Below, piece by piece: positions 38,808 to 48,212 of a DNA stretch of 64,000 nt. Both the position numbers and the translations under genes were made by a program. The number at the start of each line of letters is the position of its first letter. The stretch's first letter is position 1. The notes below the pieces were generated by a model. That model did no database searches and was not told the DNA's origin. It saw only the letters and a list, made by a program, of their open reading frames with translations. Origin of the DNA: Bacteroidota bacterium. Its GTDB lineage: Bacteria > Bacteroidota > Bacteroidia > AKYH767-A > 2013-40CM-41-45. The stretch lies in NCBI GenBank assembly GCA_026391945.1, contig JAPLDA010000076.1:13633-77632 (forward strand), written 5' to 3'.

Positions 38808-40259
38808 TTAAATACCAAATCCATAATAGGCTTTCATCCCGTTTGGATAAATTCCTTCGATGAGGATGCCTCCCCGTTTGGATTTGATGGTTGTTTCAAG
38901 ATCATCCGTTGACTTAATCGGCTTGTTATCGATGGTGGTGATGATGAAACCTTCCCGGATGCCGGCGCTTCTCAGTTTCCCGGTAAAGATCTTTTTTACC
39001 CTCACGCCACCGGCTATGCCCAGCCTGCTTTTTGTATCTGCTGAAACGGTTTCAAATGACCCGCCCAGCAGGTTTAATCCGGGTTCGTTTTTTACCAGTT
39101 GCGTATCGCCTTCTTTATTTTTTAAAGTGACCGCAAATGTCTTTTCCTGGTTGCCTCTTAATACAGTCACATTCACTTTGTCGCCGGGCCTGAACCTGCC
39201 AATCTGCTCCTGTAACTGAGGTGTGCTATTTACTTCAATGTCACCTACCTTAACAATGATATCTCCTTCATCAATTCCGGCATTTTTTGCGGCTCCATCC
39301 GAAGACAAACCGGCTACATAAACTCCTTTTGTTTCCTTCAACCCTTTTTCATCAGCCAACTTCGAATCAATGTCGCGAATACTGATGCCGATGAAACCTC
39401 TCTGCACACTTCCAAATTCCACCAAATCATCCATCACTTTTTTTACCAGGTTCACCGGGATCGCAAATGCATAACCGGTATAACTTCCCGTAGTTGATGC
39501 AATCGCTGCATTGATACCGATTAACTCACCGCGCGTGTTTACCAGTGCGCCGCCGCTGTTACCGGGATTTACGGCAGCATCGGTCTGAATAAACGATTCA
39601 ATTTTATACTGATCAGGAAGTATCCCGATGTTTCTTGCTTTGGCACTTACGATTCCCGCGGTCACAGTAGATGTAAGGTTGAATGGATTACCGACTGCCA
39701 GCACCCATTCACCGACCTTTACGTTGTCGGAGTTCCCGTAAACAATGAAGGGCAATCCTTTCTCGTCAATCTTCAGCAGGGCTAAGTCAGTCGAAGGATC
39801 ATTACCGACGACTTTAGCAGTAAACGTCCGGTTATCGTTGAGTGTCACTTCTATTTTATCGGCATTGTCGACCACGTGGTTGTTGGTGGCGATGTAACCA
39901 TCATCGGTGATGATCACGCCTGATCCGCTTCCTTCCTGCAATTGATTTCGAGGCTGTCCCCAGAAACCAAACGGATCAAATGCATTGTTGACAGAACGGT
40001 TGCTGTAAGTTTTCACATGCACCACGGCATGAACCGACATTTCCGCGGCCTTTGTAAAATCCGGCAGCGATTGTTCACCGGAATTTTGCATGCCAACAGT
40101 GGTCGCTTTAAAAGACGAGGCCTGCTGGTTGTCTGAAATGTTCCGGGAAGAAATGGAATGATGTGAGAAATTTTGGTAACCGGAAAAATAAGCTCCGGCG
40201 ATGCCGCCAATGGCAGCTACAAGGAAAATGCTGAGTGTTTTTTTCAGGGTAGGATTCAT
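38808..40259 (-). CDS. htrA: Do/HtrA family periplasmic serine endopeptidase with two PDZ domains
   Basis: 483 aa; catalytic HVV (His), D, and GNSGGAL (Ser); two C-terminal PDZ-like segments. Confidence 0.85.
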   Translation of the reverse strand: MNPTLKKTLSIFLVAAIGGIAGAYFSGYQNFSHHSISSRNISDNQQASSFKATTVGMQNSGEQSLPDFTKAAEMSVHAVVHVKTYSNRSVNNAFDPFGFWGQPRNQLQEGSGSGVIITDDGYIATNNHVVDNADKIEVTLNDNRTFTAKVVGNDPSTDLALLKIDEKGLPFIVYGNSDNVKVGEWVLAVGNPFNLTSTVTAGIVSAKARNIGILPDQYKIESFIQTDAAVNPGNSGGALVNTRGELIGINAAIASTTGSYTGYAFAIPVNLVKKVMDDLVEFGSVQRGFIGISIRDIDSKLADEKGLKETKGVYVAGLSSDGAAKNAGIDEGDIIVKVGDIEVNSTPQLQEQIGRFRPGDKVNVTVLRGNQEKTFAVTLKNKEGDTQLVKNEPGLNLLGGSFETVSADTKSRLGIAGGVRVKKIFTGKLRSAGIREGFIITTIDNKPIKSTDDLETTIKSKRGGILIEGIYPNGMKAYYGFGI

Positions 40260-40546
40260 AGCTTTACTTTTTTAACTGTTTCAGAATAACGAATTTTATT
40301 TTCGGATATTTTTACGGCAACAAATTTCGTTTTTGTTACCTGAATCATCTATGAAGACTTCGGTTAAAAAATGTTAAGCATGGTGTTAAGATTCGTTAAG
40401 CGATTGTCTTTCTTTCGTGTCGACTGCCGGGAAAACCGTTCCTGTTGGTGATGATGATCCCGGCTTCCCGGCTTCGGTTCACGGCCGGTGAAACTCCGAT
40501 CTTTTGATCTCCTGCTTTTCTTTTTTCGTTTACCTTTGCAAACATC

Positions 40547-41071
40547 ATGAGCCGATATTCAAACAAGCAGCTGATCACCGAAATCCGGAACGGCAACGAA
40601 GACGTGCTGGATTTCCTGGCCACGAAATATTTTTCCCATGCAAGAAGAGTGATTCGGTTAAAAGGAATTAAAGATTCAACGGCCCCGGAACTTTTTTCGA
40701 TCGTGCTGGTGAAAGCCTGGTTCGATGTTCTGTTCCATAAGTTACCGGCGAACATCGACTTTGAAGCATTTTTTTACAGCAGCCTCGAAGATTACATCAG
40801 GGAACTGAAAGACAGGAAAAAAAACAATTCGTTAAAGAGTGATTCGTTGTTTTCCAATCATCAGAAAGAGGTTGTTGCGCAATGTGTTTTCATTCTGGAT
40901 GAGCAGGCAAAAAAGCTGGTGCATGCACACTATGGTGAGAAACTGAGTTTTGAAAAAATCGCCAGCCGCTTTAATTACAGCAATGCCGTTATCGCACAGC
41001 ATGAAGTGAACAAAGCCATGAACCAACTGGAAGGAATTGTAAAACTCCGCCTCAATATCTCTGCTAACTGA
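40547..41071 (+). CDS. Sigma-70 family (ECF-like) RNA polymerase sigma factor
   Basis: 174 aa; region 2-like ELFSIVLVKAWFDVLF; region 4 HTH LSFEKIASRFNYSNAVIAQHEVNKAMNQL. Confidence 0.65.
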   Translation: MSRYSNKQLITEIRNGNEDVLDFLATKYFSHARRVIRLKGIKDSTAPELFSIVLVKAWFDVLFHKLPANIDFEAFFYSSLEDYIRELKDRKKNNSLKSDSLFSNHQKEVVAQCVFILDEQAKKLVHAHYGEKLSFEKIASRFNYSNAVIAQHEVNKAMNQLEGIVKLRLNISAN

Positions 41072-41072
41072 C

Positions 41073-42029
41073 ATGAGCCTCGTCCCGGAAGATAAAAACC
41101 TCGTGAACCGTTACCTGAATGATGAACTCAGCGGGATCGAACTTGAACATTTTCGTACGAGGATGTCGGGTGATGATTCCTTCGCCAGGGAAGTGAATTT
41201 TCAAAGTCTCCTTCGCACCGGGATATTGTTTTCCAGGGAGGAGGAATTGAAGAAAAGAGTGTTGGGAAAAATCAGGTTCAGGAAAACCAGGATTCCATTT
41301 GCCTTGAAACTGATTTTTACATTCCTGGTGGTAACTGTTTTGGGCATCACACTTTGGTTTTATGTTGGCACCGATTCAGCGAATAAAATTCACGTCAATT
41401 CTTTTTTTTCATTCATATCAAAAGACAAGGAAAAAAAAGCCACCAGGAAAACCAGTGAGGCAAAAAAAGAAACCTCCGGGAGCGAGGTGCCGGAGAACAC
41501 CTCATCAGATGTCGCTGCTGAAGGTGAAACACGGAATGATTTAATGGCCACAGATGGTCTGGATGTTTCAAGGGAAAATGATGTTCACGAAGTTGACACT
41601 TCTCAAATTCAGAATAGCGAAGAGATCGTGATCAAAAAAGACCAGCTGCTGATTACGTCAACGATTGCCGTCATTGAGAAACCTGTTTCAGATGCACATG
41701 CTGCCGAGCTTTCATCCGGACAGTCGCTTGCTAAAGAAGCGGCTCAGAAATTAAACCCGGCTGCCGGTATTCCCGATGAACCAAAGGTATCACCGGAGAT
41801 GGTGGTTGAATTCTGGGTTTCACCGGTCAATTACCATGGATATAAAATGTCGAAAAACAAACTGATTCTTTTTGGCATCGAAGAACCGGATGCCGTCAAA
41901 CTCTACCGCACGAACGATATGTTGTTTATGAAATATGGAAATGATTATTTCCGGCTGATCAATTCATTTGACTTCCTCTCTTACCAGCGATTGAAAGAAA
42001 CAGAAATTCCTTTGGCCATCAGGCAATGA
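41073..42029 (+). CDS. Putative anti-sigma factor: short cytoplasmic N-domain, one TM helix, extended low-complexity periplasmic region
   Basis: 318 aa; starts 2 nt after the sigma-factor stop; TM LIFTFLVVTVLGITLWFYV; E/S/T-rich periplasmic segment. Confidence 0.55.
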   Translation: MSLVPEDKNLVNRYLNDELSGIELEHFRTRMSGDDSFAREVNFQSLLRTGILFSREEELKKRVLGKIRFRKTRIPFALKLIFTFLVVTVLGITLWFYVGTDSANKIHVNSFFSFISKDKEKKATRKTSEAKKETSGSEVPENTSSDVAAEGETRNDLMATDGLDVSRENDVHEVDTSQIQNSEEIVIKKDQLLITSTIAVIEKPVSDAHAAELSSGQSLAKEAAQKLNPAAGIPDEPKVSPEMVVEFWVSPVNYHGYKMSKNKLILFGIEEPDAVKLYRTNDMLFMKYGNDYFRLINSFDFLSYQRLKETEIPLAIRQ

Positions 42030-42814
42030 AAATGACATTCTGGAAATACCATGGTACGGGCAACGATTTCATCCTAATAGATGACAGGGATGACCATGTG
42101 CATTTAAGCCAGGCGCTGATTCAGCAATTGTGCGAACGAAGATTTGGAATTGGTGCTGATGGATTGATCATTCTAAGGAACTTCGACGGGTACGACTTTA
42201 AGATGACCTATTACAACGCCGACGGCAACGAAGGGAGCATGTGCGGAAACGGCGGAAGGTGCATCACCGCGTTTGCAAAAGCCATCGGAAAGATCGTCAA
42301 CGAAGCATTTTTCTCTGCTTCCGACGGTGATCACCGTTCTATTATCACCGCGGAATCGCCCATCACCGTAAAATTAAAAATGAACGATGTACAGGAAGTG
42401 GAAGTTCATGAAGATTTTATTTTTCTGGATACCGGCTCTCCGCATTATGTGAAGTTTGTGGAGGATGTCACGTCTGTTGATGTTGTATCAGAAGGCAGGG
42501 AAATCAGGAACAGCAGTCGTTTTAAAAAGACTGGTACCAATGTGAATTTTGTACAAACATCCGGCAGTGAATTAATAGTGCGGACGTATGAACGCGGTGT
42601 TGAAGATGAAACATTATCTTGCGGAACCGGTGTAACGGCTTCTGCCATTGCTGCCGTCGTTAATGGAAAATTAAAGGCTGATGCCGGTACAGTTGATATC
42701 CTGACCATCGGGGGAAAATTAAAAGTTTACTTTGAAAAGGAGGATGGCGGATTTAAAAACATCTGGCTTGAAGGCGGCGCTGCCCTTGTTTACAAAGGCG
42801 AAGTGCACATTTAA
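42026..42814 (+). CDS. dapF: Diaminopimelate epimerase
   Basis: 262 aa; KYHGTGNDFILIDD and the two catalytic Cys regions (MCGNGGRC, SCGTG). Confidence 0.85.
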   Translation: MKMTFWKYHGTGNDFILIDDRDDHVHLSQALIQQLCERRFGIGADGLIILRNFDGYDFKMTYYNADGNEGSMCGNGGRCITAFAKAIGKIVNEAFFSASDGDHRSIITAESPITVKLKMNDVQEVEVHEDFIFLDTGSPHYVKFVEDVTSVDVVSEGREIRNSSRFKKTGTNVNFVQTSGSELIVRTYERGVEDETLSCGTGVTASAIAAVVNGKLKADAGTVDILTIGGKLKVYFEKEDGGFKNIWLEGGAALVYKGEVHI

Positions 42815-42838
42815 AAATCAATAAAAATTATACATGCT

Positions 42839-43390
42839 ATGCAGTTAATAGGTGAATTAATTCAACTCCGGGCTCTTGAACCATCCGATCTCGACCAGCT
42901 TTACAAATGGGAAAACGATACTGCCATCTGGTCGGTGAGTGGAACACTTGCACCTTTCTCGCGTTTTGTACTGGAGCAGTACCTTGCTTCTTCGCATGAA
43001 GACATCTATTCCAATAAGCAACTCCGGTTAATCATCGACCTCACCATTCACGATGATGAAGGACAAGTGGATAATGATTCACGGCCGATTGGTTGTATTG
43101 ATCTTTTTGATTTTGATCCCAAGAACCGGAAAGCAGGTGTTGGAATTCTGATTGCCGACCGCGCCGATCGCGGAAAAGGGTATGCTACGGAAGCATTGAA
43201 TCTCCTCGTTGATTATTGTTTTGACATCCTGGATCTCCACCAGCTGTTTTCGAATGTTCGTGTTGACAATGAAAACAGCGTGGCTCTGTTTAAGAAAGTC
43301 GGCTTTGAAGTTACCGGGCTTAAACAGGATTGGATTCTCTACAGCGGCAGATGGTACGATGAATACACCATGCAGTTGATCAAAAAATAA
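42839..43390 (+). CDS. GNAT family N-acetyltransferase (RimJ/RimL-like)
   Basis: 183 aa; acetyl-CoA binding region GVGILIADRADRGKGYATEAL. Confidence 0.7.
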   Translation: MQLIGELIQLRALEPSDLDQLYKWENDTAIWSVSGTLAPFSRFVLEQYLASSHEDIYSNKQLRLIIDLTIHDDEGQVDNDSRPIGCIDLFDFDPKNRKAGVGILIADRADRGKGYATEALNLLVDYCFDILDLHQLFSNVRVDNENSVALFKKVGFEVTGLKQDWILYSGRWYDEYTMQLIKK

Positions 43391-43411
43391 TTGAACAGTG
43401 AAGATTGAAAA

Positions 43412-45487
43412 TTGACGATTGTGCAGGTACAAAAATCCTCTTTTCAAGGCATTAAATTTTTTGCAATTCCCGTTGTTTATTATTCCATCTTTCTTTTTTC
43501 ATCCTGCCATTCTTCAAACCGTGATGAACAACAACATGCCTATGCTTCGTTGTCGGATTCAGCAACGTATGTGGGAATCAATGTATGCAAGCAATGTCAC
43601 CAGGCGATTTATGAAACGTTTATTCAAACCGGTATGGGAAAATCGTTTGATACCGTTTCCCGATCTAAATCTTCTGCCGTGTTTGATGAGTCTGCCGTCA
43701 TTTATGACAAGTACAGAAATTTCTATTACCATCCGTTCTGGAAAAACGATTCATTGTTCCTCTATGAATTCCGTCTTGAAGGCGCTGATACTGTTTACCG
43801 GAGAACTGAAAAAATAAATTTCATTGTCGGTTCCGGCCAGCACACCAATTCTCACCTGACGATGGTTCATCCTTCCCATGATGAACACGGCGGATATGTT
43901 TACCAGGTTCCTGCAACTTATTACACGCAGAAAGGAACATGGGATTTGCCTCCCGGATTTGAGAACGGGTACAACAATCGTTTCAGCAGGAAAATAGAAC
44001 TCGAGTGCATGACTTGCCACAATGCATACCCAAACATGATTGCCGGTTCTGAAAATAAATTTGAATCTGTTCCGAACGGCATCGACTGTGAGCGGTGCCA
44101 TGGCCCCGGAAGTGCGCATGTAAAGCAAATACAAGCCGGAATTCTCGTTGACACCGCAAAGAGAATCGACTATTCCATTGTGAACCCGGCCAAACTTCCC
44201 GTCGCACTTCAGATGGATATCTGCCAGCGGTGTCACATCCAGGGCAACGCAGTTTTGAATGATGGAAAATCTTTTTTTGATTTTCGACCGGGCATGCTGC
44301 TTTCAGATGTGATGAATGTATTCATGCCGGTATTCAAGGGTGATGAAAATACACACATCATGGCATCGCATGTTGAACGGTTGAAGATGAGCCGCTGTTT
44401 TATTGCCGGCATGCAAAAATCAGGAAAGGAAAAAACAAAGGACAACTTAAGGCCGTTTAAAAATGCACTGACTTGCCTAACCTGTCACAATCCTCACGTC
44501 AGCGTGAGAGTAACCGGCAATGAAGTCTTTACCCGGGCGTGTAAAAATTGTCACCACGATCATGCAGCGGGGAATGATAAAGATGAAAAGATATTGCTTT
44601 GTTCAGAAACGATGGAGAAGAGGATGCTGCTGAATGATAATTGTGTAACGTGTCACATGCCTAAAAACAACACGATCGATATTCCGCATGTCACTTCAAC
44701 GGATCATTTTATCCGCAAGCCGGCGATGAAAGATGAGGTGAAAAAAATAAAGGAGTTCCTTGGCCTGGCCTGTATCAACAATCAAAATCCGCCTCGAAAG
44801 GCGGTTGCAGGAGCGTATCTTTCTTACTATGAAAAATTCAGTTCATTACCGGCTGTCCTCGACTCGGCAAAATATTATCTGGATGACGGAACTTCGGAAG
44901 AACTGAAGAGGAACTTCAACGACCTCGTGCGGTGGGCATTTTTGAAAAATGATCCGGCTCTTGTGATCCGGTATGCTGAAAGGGCAGGGGATGTATTTTC
45001 TTTTCTAAACAGGAAAAATTTCAGCAACGAAGATGCCTGGACGGCTTACCGCATCGGTGAATCATTTTATTCGAAGGACAGCGTTGAACTTGCCATTTCT
45101 TATTTCAGGCGTGCCGTTGATTTGGAATCGTTCAATCTTGAATTCAGGAATAAGCTGGCTTCTGCGGAAATGGATCTTGGCTGGAATGATGAGGCAGGAA
45201 AAAACTTCTTATTCATACTCAATGAAAATCCAAAATTTGTTTCTGCCTGGACGAACATCGGGTATCTCATTCTCACTGCTGATCATAACCTGGCCAAAGC
45301 AGATTCATGTTATTCAAAAGCGCTGGAACTCGATCCGGATAACGAACAGGCATTGATGAACAAAACCGGTATCCTGTTCATTCAGCATAGAAAAAAAGAT
45401 TCAGAAAAAATGTTGCGTAAAATATTGAAGAGGTATCCTGCCAATGAGAAAGCGAGGGCGTTGCTTCATTCTCTTGAAAGAAATTAA
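43412..45487 (+). CDS. Multiheme c-type cytochrome lipoprotein (seven CxxCH motifs) with a C-terminal TPR-repeat region
   Basis: 691 aa; lipobox LFSSC. Heme motifs CKQCH, CMTCH, CERCH, CQRCH, CLTCH, CKNCH, CVTCH, found by reading the translation. C-terminal ~230 aa are TPR-like (YFRRAVDL, YSKALELDPDNEQAL). Confidence 0.7.
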   Translation: MTIVQVQKSSFQGIKFFAIPVVYYSIFLFSSCHSSNRDEQQHAYASLSDSATYVGINVCKQCHQAIYETFIQTGMGKSFDTVSRSKSSAVFDESAVIYDKYRNFYYHPFWKNDSLFLYEFRLEGADTVYRRTEKINFIVGSGQHTNSHLTMVHPSHDEHGGYVYQVPATYYTQKGTWDLPPGFENGYNNRFSRKIELECMTCHNAYPNMIAGSENKFESVPNGIDCERCHGPGSAHVKQIQAGILVDTAKRIDYSIVNPAKLPVALQMDICQRCHIQGNAVLNDGKSFFDFRPGMLLSDVMNVFMPVFKGDENTHIMASHVERLKMSRCFIAGMQKSGKEKTKDNLRPFKNALTCLTCHNPHVSVRVTGNEVFTRACKNCHHDHAAGNDKDEKILLCSETMEKRMLLNDNCVTCHMPKNNTIDIPHVTSTDHFIRKPAMKDEVKKIKEFLGLACINNQNPPRKAVAGAYLSYYEKFSSLPAVLDSAKYYLDDGTSEELKRNFNDLVRWAFLKNDPALVIRYAERAGDVFSFLNRKNFSNEDAWTAYRIGESFYSKDSVELAISYFRRAVDLESFNLEFRNKLASAEMDLGWNDEAGKNFLFILNENPKFVSAWTNIGYLILTADHNLAKADSCYSKALELDPDNEQALMNKTGILFIQHRKKDSEKMLRKILKRYPANEKARALLHSLERN

Positions 45488-45501
45488 CCTGGCAACTCAG
45501 G

Positions 45502-46395
45502 TCATTTAATGTTATCCAGTTTTTTTTCTACGACTTTTGTAGTTTCTTTTTGCAAACTGATTTCAGTTTTCTTCGACTTTTGTGCATCCTCGTTCTTTTC
45601 AATATTTCTTTTCTGCTGCCTGCTGTCAGCCTCGTAATCTTCAATGTCATCGTGCAGGTTGTCACTTTTCTTTTCCAGTTTTTTCTTTTCTTTTTCGAGG
45701 TCTTTCAGTTTTTTTTCAGCAAGGTCTTTTTCTTCCCCTTTGGATCCGGCAAACGACCGCACGGTTTCTTTCTGGCTGGCTATTTCACCGGCTCTTGCTT
45801 CCTGTTCTTTCCGGTTCGTTGCGATGGCATCCTTGCATTTATCAATCTTCCTGTCGTTGTCGTTGATCCTCCTGTTTGATTTTTCAATACTTTTTACCAG
45901 GCTTTCCAGTTCATCCTCCAGCCGGGATAGTTTCTTTCGTTCGTTGTCCAGTTCGTGACCGACTGCAATCCTGTATTGCTGAACCACGAAGTCACGAATG
46001 AATTTCCTGGCGGCAATTGATTTTTCATCTGACAAAGCAGAAGAAATAAAAATGGAATCATCTTCAGTAAAAAAAGCAGAGATCATGACTCCTTGTTCCG
46101 TCTCCAGCAGTTTTGAATACACATTCAAAGGATTCGCAGAGACGTTTTTAATCAGTGTGCCACGAATGATGATTTCATTGTTGAGTTCTTCAATAGTATT
46201 CTTGGTTTCATGCCGGATGTATTTCTTCCAGGCAGAAGCGACTTCTTTCAGTTTGGCCTGCGGCACCTCTGTCACATACCCGTTCTGCATCCCTTTGCTC
46301 ATGCTTTTTGGCACCTCGCTGATCGTCATTTCTTTTTGTGAAAAAGCTGCGGACGAGATGAACAGCAAGAGAAAGAGAAACCTGTTTGTTTTCAT
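45502..46395 (-). CDS. Secreted coiled-coil protein with K/E-rich low-complexity C-terminus
   Basis: 297 aa; signal peptide; heptad-like KKLEKK/ELESLVKSIEK repeats. The plus-strand ORFs over this span are low-complexity shadows. Confidence 0.5.
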   Translation of the reverse strand: MKTNRFLFLLLFISSAAFSQKEMTISEVPKSMSKGMQNGYVTEVPQAKLKEVASAWKKYIRHETKNTIEELNNEIIIRGTLIKNVSANPLNVYSKLLETEQGVMISAFFTEDDSIFISSALSDEKSIAARKFIRDFVVQQYRIAVGHELDNERKKLSRLEDELESLVKSIEKSNRRINDNDRKIDKCKDAIATNRKEQEARAGEIASQKETVRSFAGSKGEEKDLAEKKLKDLEKEKKKLEKKSDNLHDDIEDYEADSRQQKRNIEKNEDAQKSKKTEISLQKETTKVVEKKLDNIK

Positions 46396-46452
46396 GAGGG
46401 TTAGTGATTGGAAATATTTATAAAATGAATTCGGAATATCAAATCATGAATA

Positions 46453-46527
46453 GTCGGGGTGAGTGGATTCGAACCACCGATCTCAACGTCCCGAACGTTG
46501 CGCGATAACCGGGCTTCGCTACACCCC
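46453..46527 (-). tRNA. tRNA-Pro, anticodon CGG
   Basis: Reverse complement: acceptor CGGGGTG/CACCCCG (same acceptor as the tRNA-Pro at 2835), anticodon stem CAACG/CGTTG with loop TTCGGGA, T-arm GGTGG-TTCGAAT-CCACT. Confidence 0.8.
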
Positions 46528-46635
46528 GAAATCATGTCTCAAAGGAAAGAACATTTTTCATAAATAAAAAAATCCGCTCTGCATTTCAGCAGAACGGACT
46601 TATCAAAACACCACCACTATGTATTTTTAATTTCT

Positions 46636-47202
46636 TTAATTCAGACTTGGGTCTTCAGGGAAGTTGGCAAGAATGGCATACTGGCTTCCCATGGTTCTCA
46701 GAACCTGTCCCCACAATTCATCCGGATGATCGGAAAATGCAAATTCTCTTTTACAACTCGATACCAGCCATGTTTTTCCCTTCAGTTCATCTTCCAGTTG
46801 CTGAGGTTCCCAGCCGCTGTAGCCGGCAAAAAAACGGATATCATGTTTGTTGACCTGGTTGGTTTCTATCAATAGTTTCAGCATTTCGAGATTTCCACCC
46901 CAATAGATGCCGGGAAAAATTCTCTTGCTTCCCTCTAATTTTGGTCCCAGTGTGTGAAGGAAATGGATCGTATCTGTTTGTACCGGCCCACCGAAATGGA
47001 GTTGTACGTCAAACGGTGGAAAATCTTCCAGTGCATCATTCAGGCTTAAGTCCGTTGGTTTGTTGAGGATGAATCCGACGGTGCCTTCCTGGCCATGTTC
47101 GCCAAGGAGGATAACCGAACGTTTAAAATAAGAATCGAGGAGAAATGGTTCTGACACCAGGATTTTCCCGACACCGGGTTCGATGTGTATTAATTTCCTC
47201 AT
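46636..47202 (-). CDS. YqgE/AlgH family protein (UPF0301)
   Basis: 188 aa; GVGKILVSEPFLLDSYFKRSVILL...GFILNKP family signature. Confidence 0.75.
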   Translation of the reverse strand: MRKLIHIEPGVGKILVSEPFLLDSYFKRSVILLGEHGQEGTVGFILNKPTDLSLNDALEDFPPFDVQLHFGGPVQTDTIHFLHTLGPKLEGSKRIFPGIYWGGNLEMLKLLIETNQVNKHDIRFFAGYSGWEPQQLEDELKGKTWLVSSCKREFAFSDHPDELWGQVLRTMGSQYAILANFPEDPSLN

Positions 47203-47503
47203 AGCTGATTATTTTTTGATGCGTTTCATGCTTTGGACACCTTCAAACTCAATATGATCTCACTGTGAACTAAAACTCCGGTCAATCATCGGCTTGTTAT
47301 GTGATTATTTTAACCGAAATTTGCGCGAACAGTTTATCCGATTTTTGTCAAAAACTTACAACAGGAAAAAGGAATCTTTCGACAGGATCAGGAAACAGAG
47401 TTGGTAACAGGTTCCAAAAGCACTTCAAATCATCATCATGGATCTTTTTGGTCGTGAATGATCTTCCAGGAATAAGCAGAAACTTTCAAATCACTATTAA
47501 AAA

Positions 47504-48157
47504 ATGAATAAAGTAAACCGAATCATCAAGAGCCTGAGAAACGATTTTGAATTTCTTACTCTCAACCAGGAAAAGGTCAGTAAAAATCCGATCACTCAAT
47601 TTGAACAATGGATGGAAAATGCGCTGGAAGTGAAAGTCCAGGAGCCCAATGCCATGACGCTTGCGACGGTGGGTAAAAATGGTCAGCCGGATGCAAGAAT
47701 TGTTTTGCTGCGTGGAGTGGATAAAAATGGTTTCAGTTTTTTTACCAATTACAAAAGTTTAAAAGGAAGGGAGATCAGGGAGAATAAAAAAGTCTGCCTG
47801 AATTTTTACTGGCCTGAAGTAGCCCGCCAGGTGCGGATCACAGGCATCATCGAAAAAATATCTTCCAGGGCATCCGATGAATATTTCCAGTCGCGCCCGC
47901 GTGAAAGCCAGATCGGGGCATGGGCTTCTGAACAAAGTGCAGCGATTGAAAACCGCGGGGTGCTTGAAAAAAAATTCGTTGAATACGAAAAAAAATTCAC
48001 AGGTAAAAAAATTTCCAGGCCACCGCATTGGGGAGGATATGCTGTGAAGCCTGCTGCCATTGAATTCTGGCAGGGGAGAGCCAGCCGTTTGCACGACAGG
48101 ATCCTGTATGAGAAGAAAAGGAATGGCCTCTGGAAAATTTCCCGACTTTCTCCGTGA
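47504..48157 (+). CDS. pdxH: Pyridoxamine 5'-phosphate oxidase
   Basis: 217 aa; PNAMTLATV...ARIVLLRG FMN-binding blocks; C-terminal EFWQGR..RLHDR. Confidence 0.85.
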   Translation: MNKVNRIIKSLRNDFEFLTLNQEKVSKNPITQFEQWMENALEVKVQEPNAMTLATVGKNGQPDARIVLLRGVDKNGFSFFTNYKSLKGREIRENKKVCLNFYWPEVARQVRITGIIEKISSRASDEYFQSRPRESQIGAWASEQSAAIENRGVLEKKFVEYEKKFTGKKISRPPHWGGYAVKPAAIEFWQGRASRLHDRILYEKKRNGLWKISRLSP

Positions 48158-48212
48158 TGATTCTCCTGTTCACGTTTGCCAGCATCGTACTGTACTGAAA
48201 TTTTTTTGATGT

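Noticed and set aside
40396-40755. 119-aa minus-strand ORF upstream of or overlapping the ECF-like sigma gene
   Set aside because: Overlaps the sigma-factor start and promoter region, no motif. The plus-strand gene has clear region 4 homology.
45550-46423. Several plus-strand ORFs (94-141 aa) rich in S/F/L
   Set aside because: Antisense to the K/E-rich coiled-coil gene. The low-complexity AAG/GAA DNA gives open frames on both strands.
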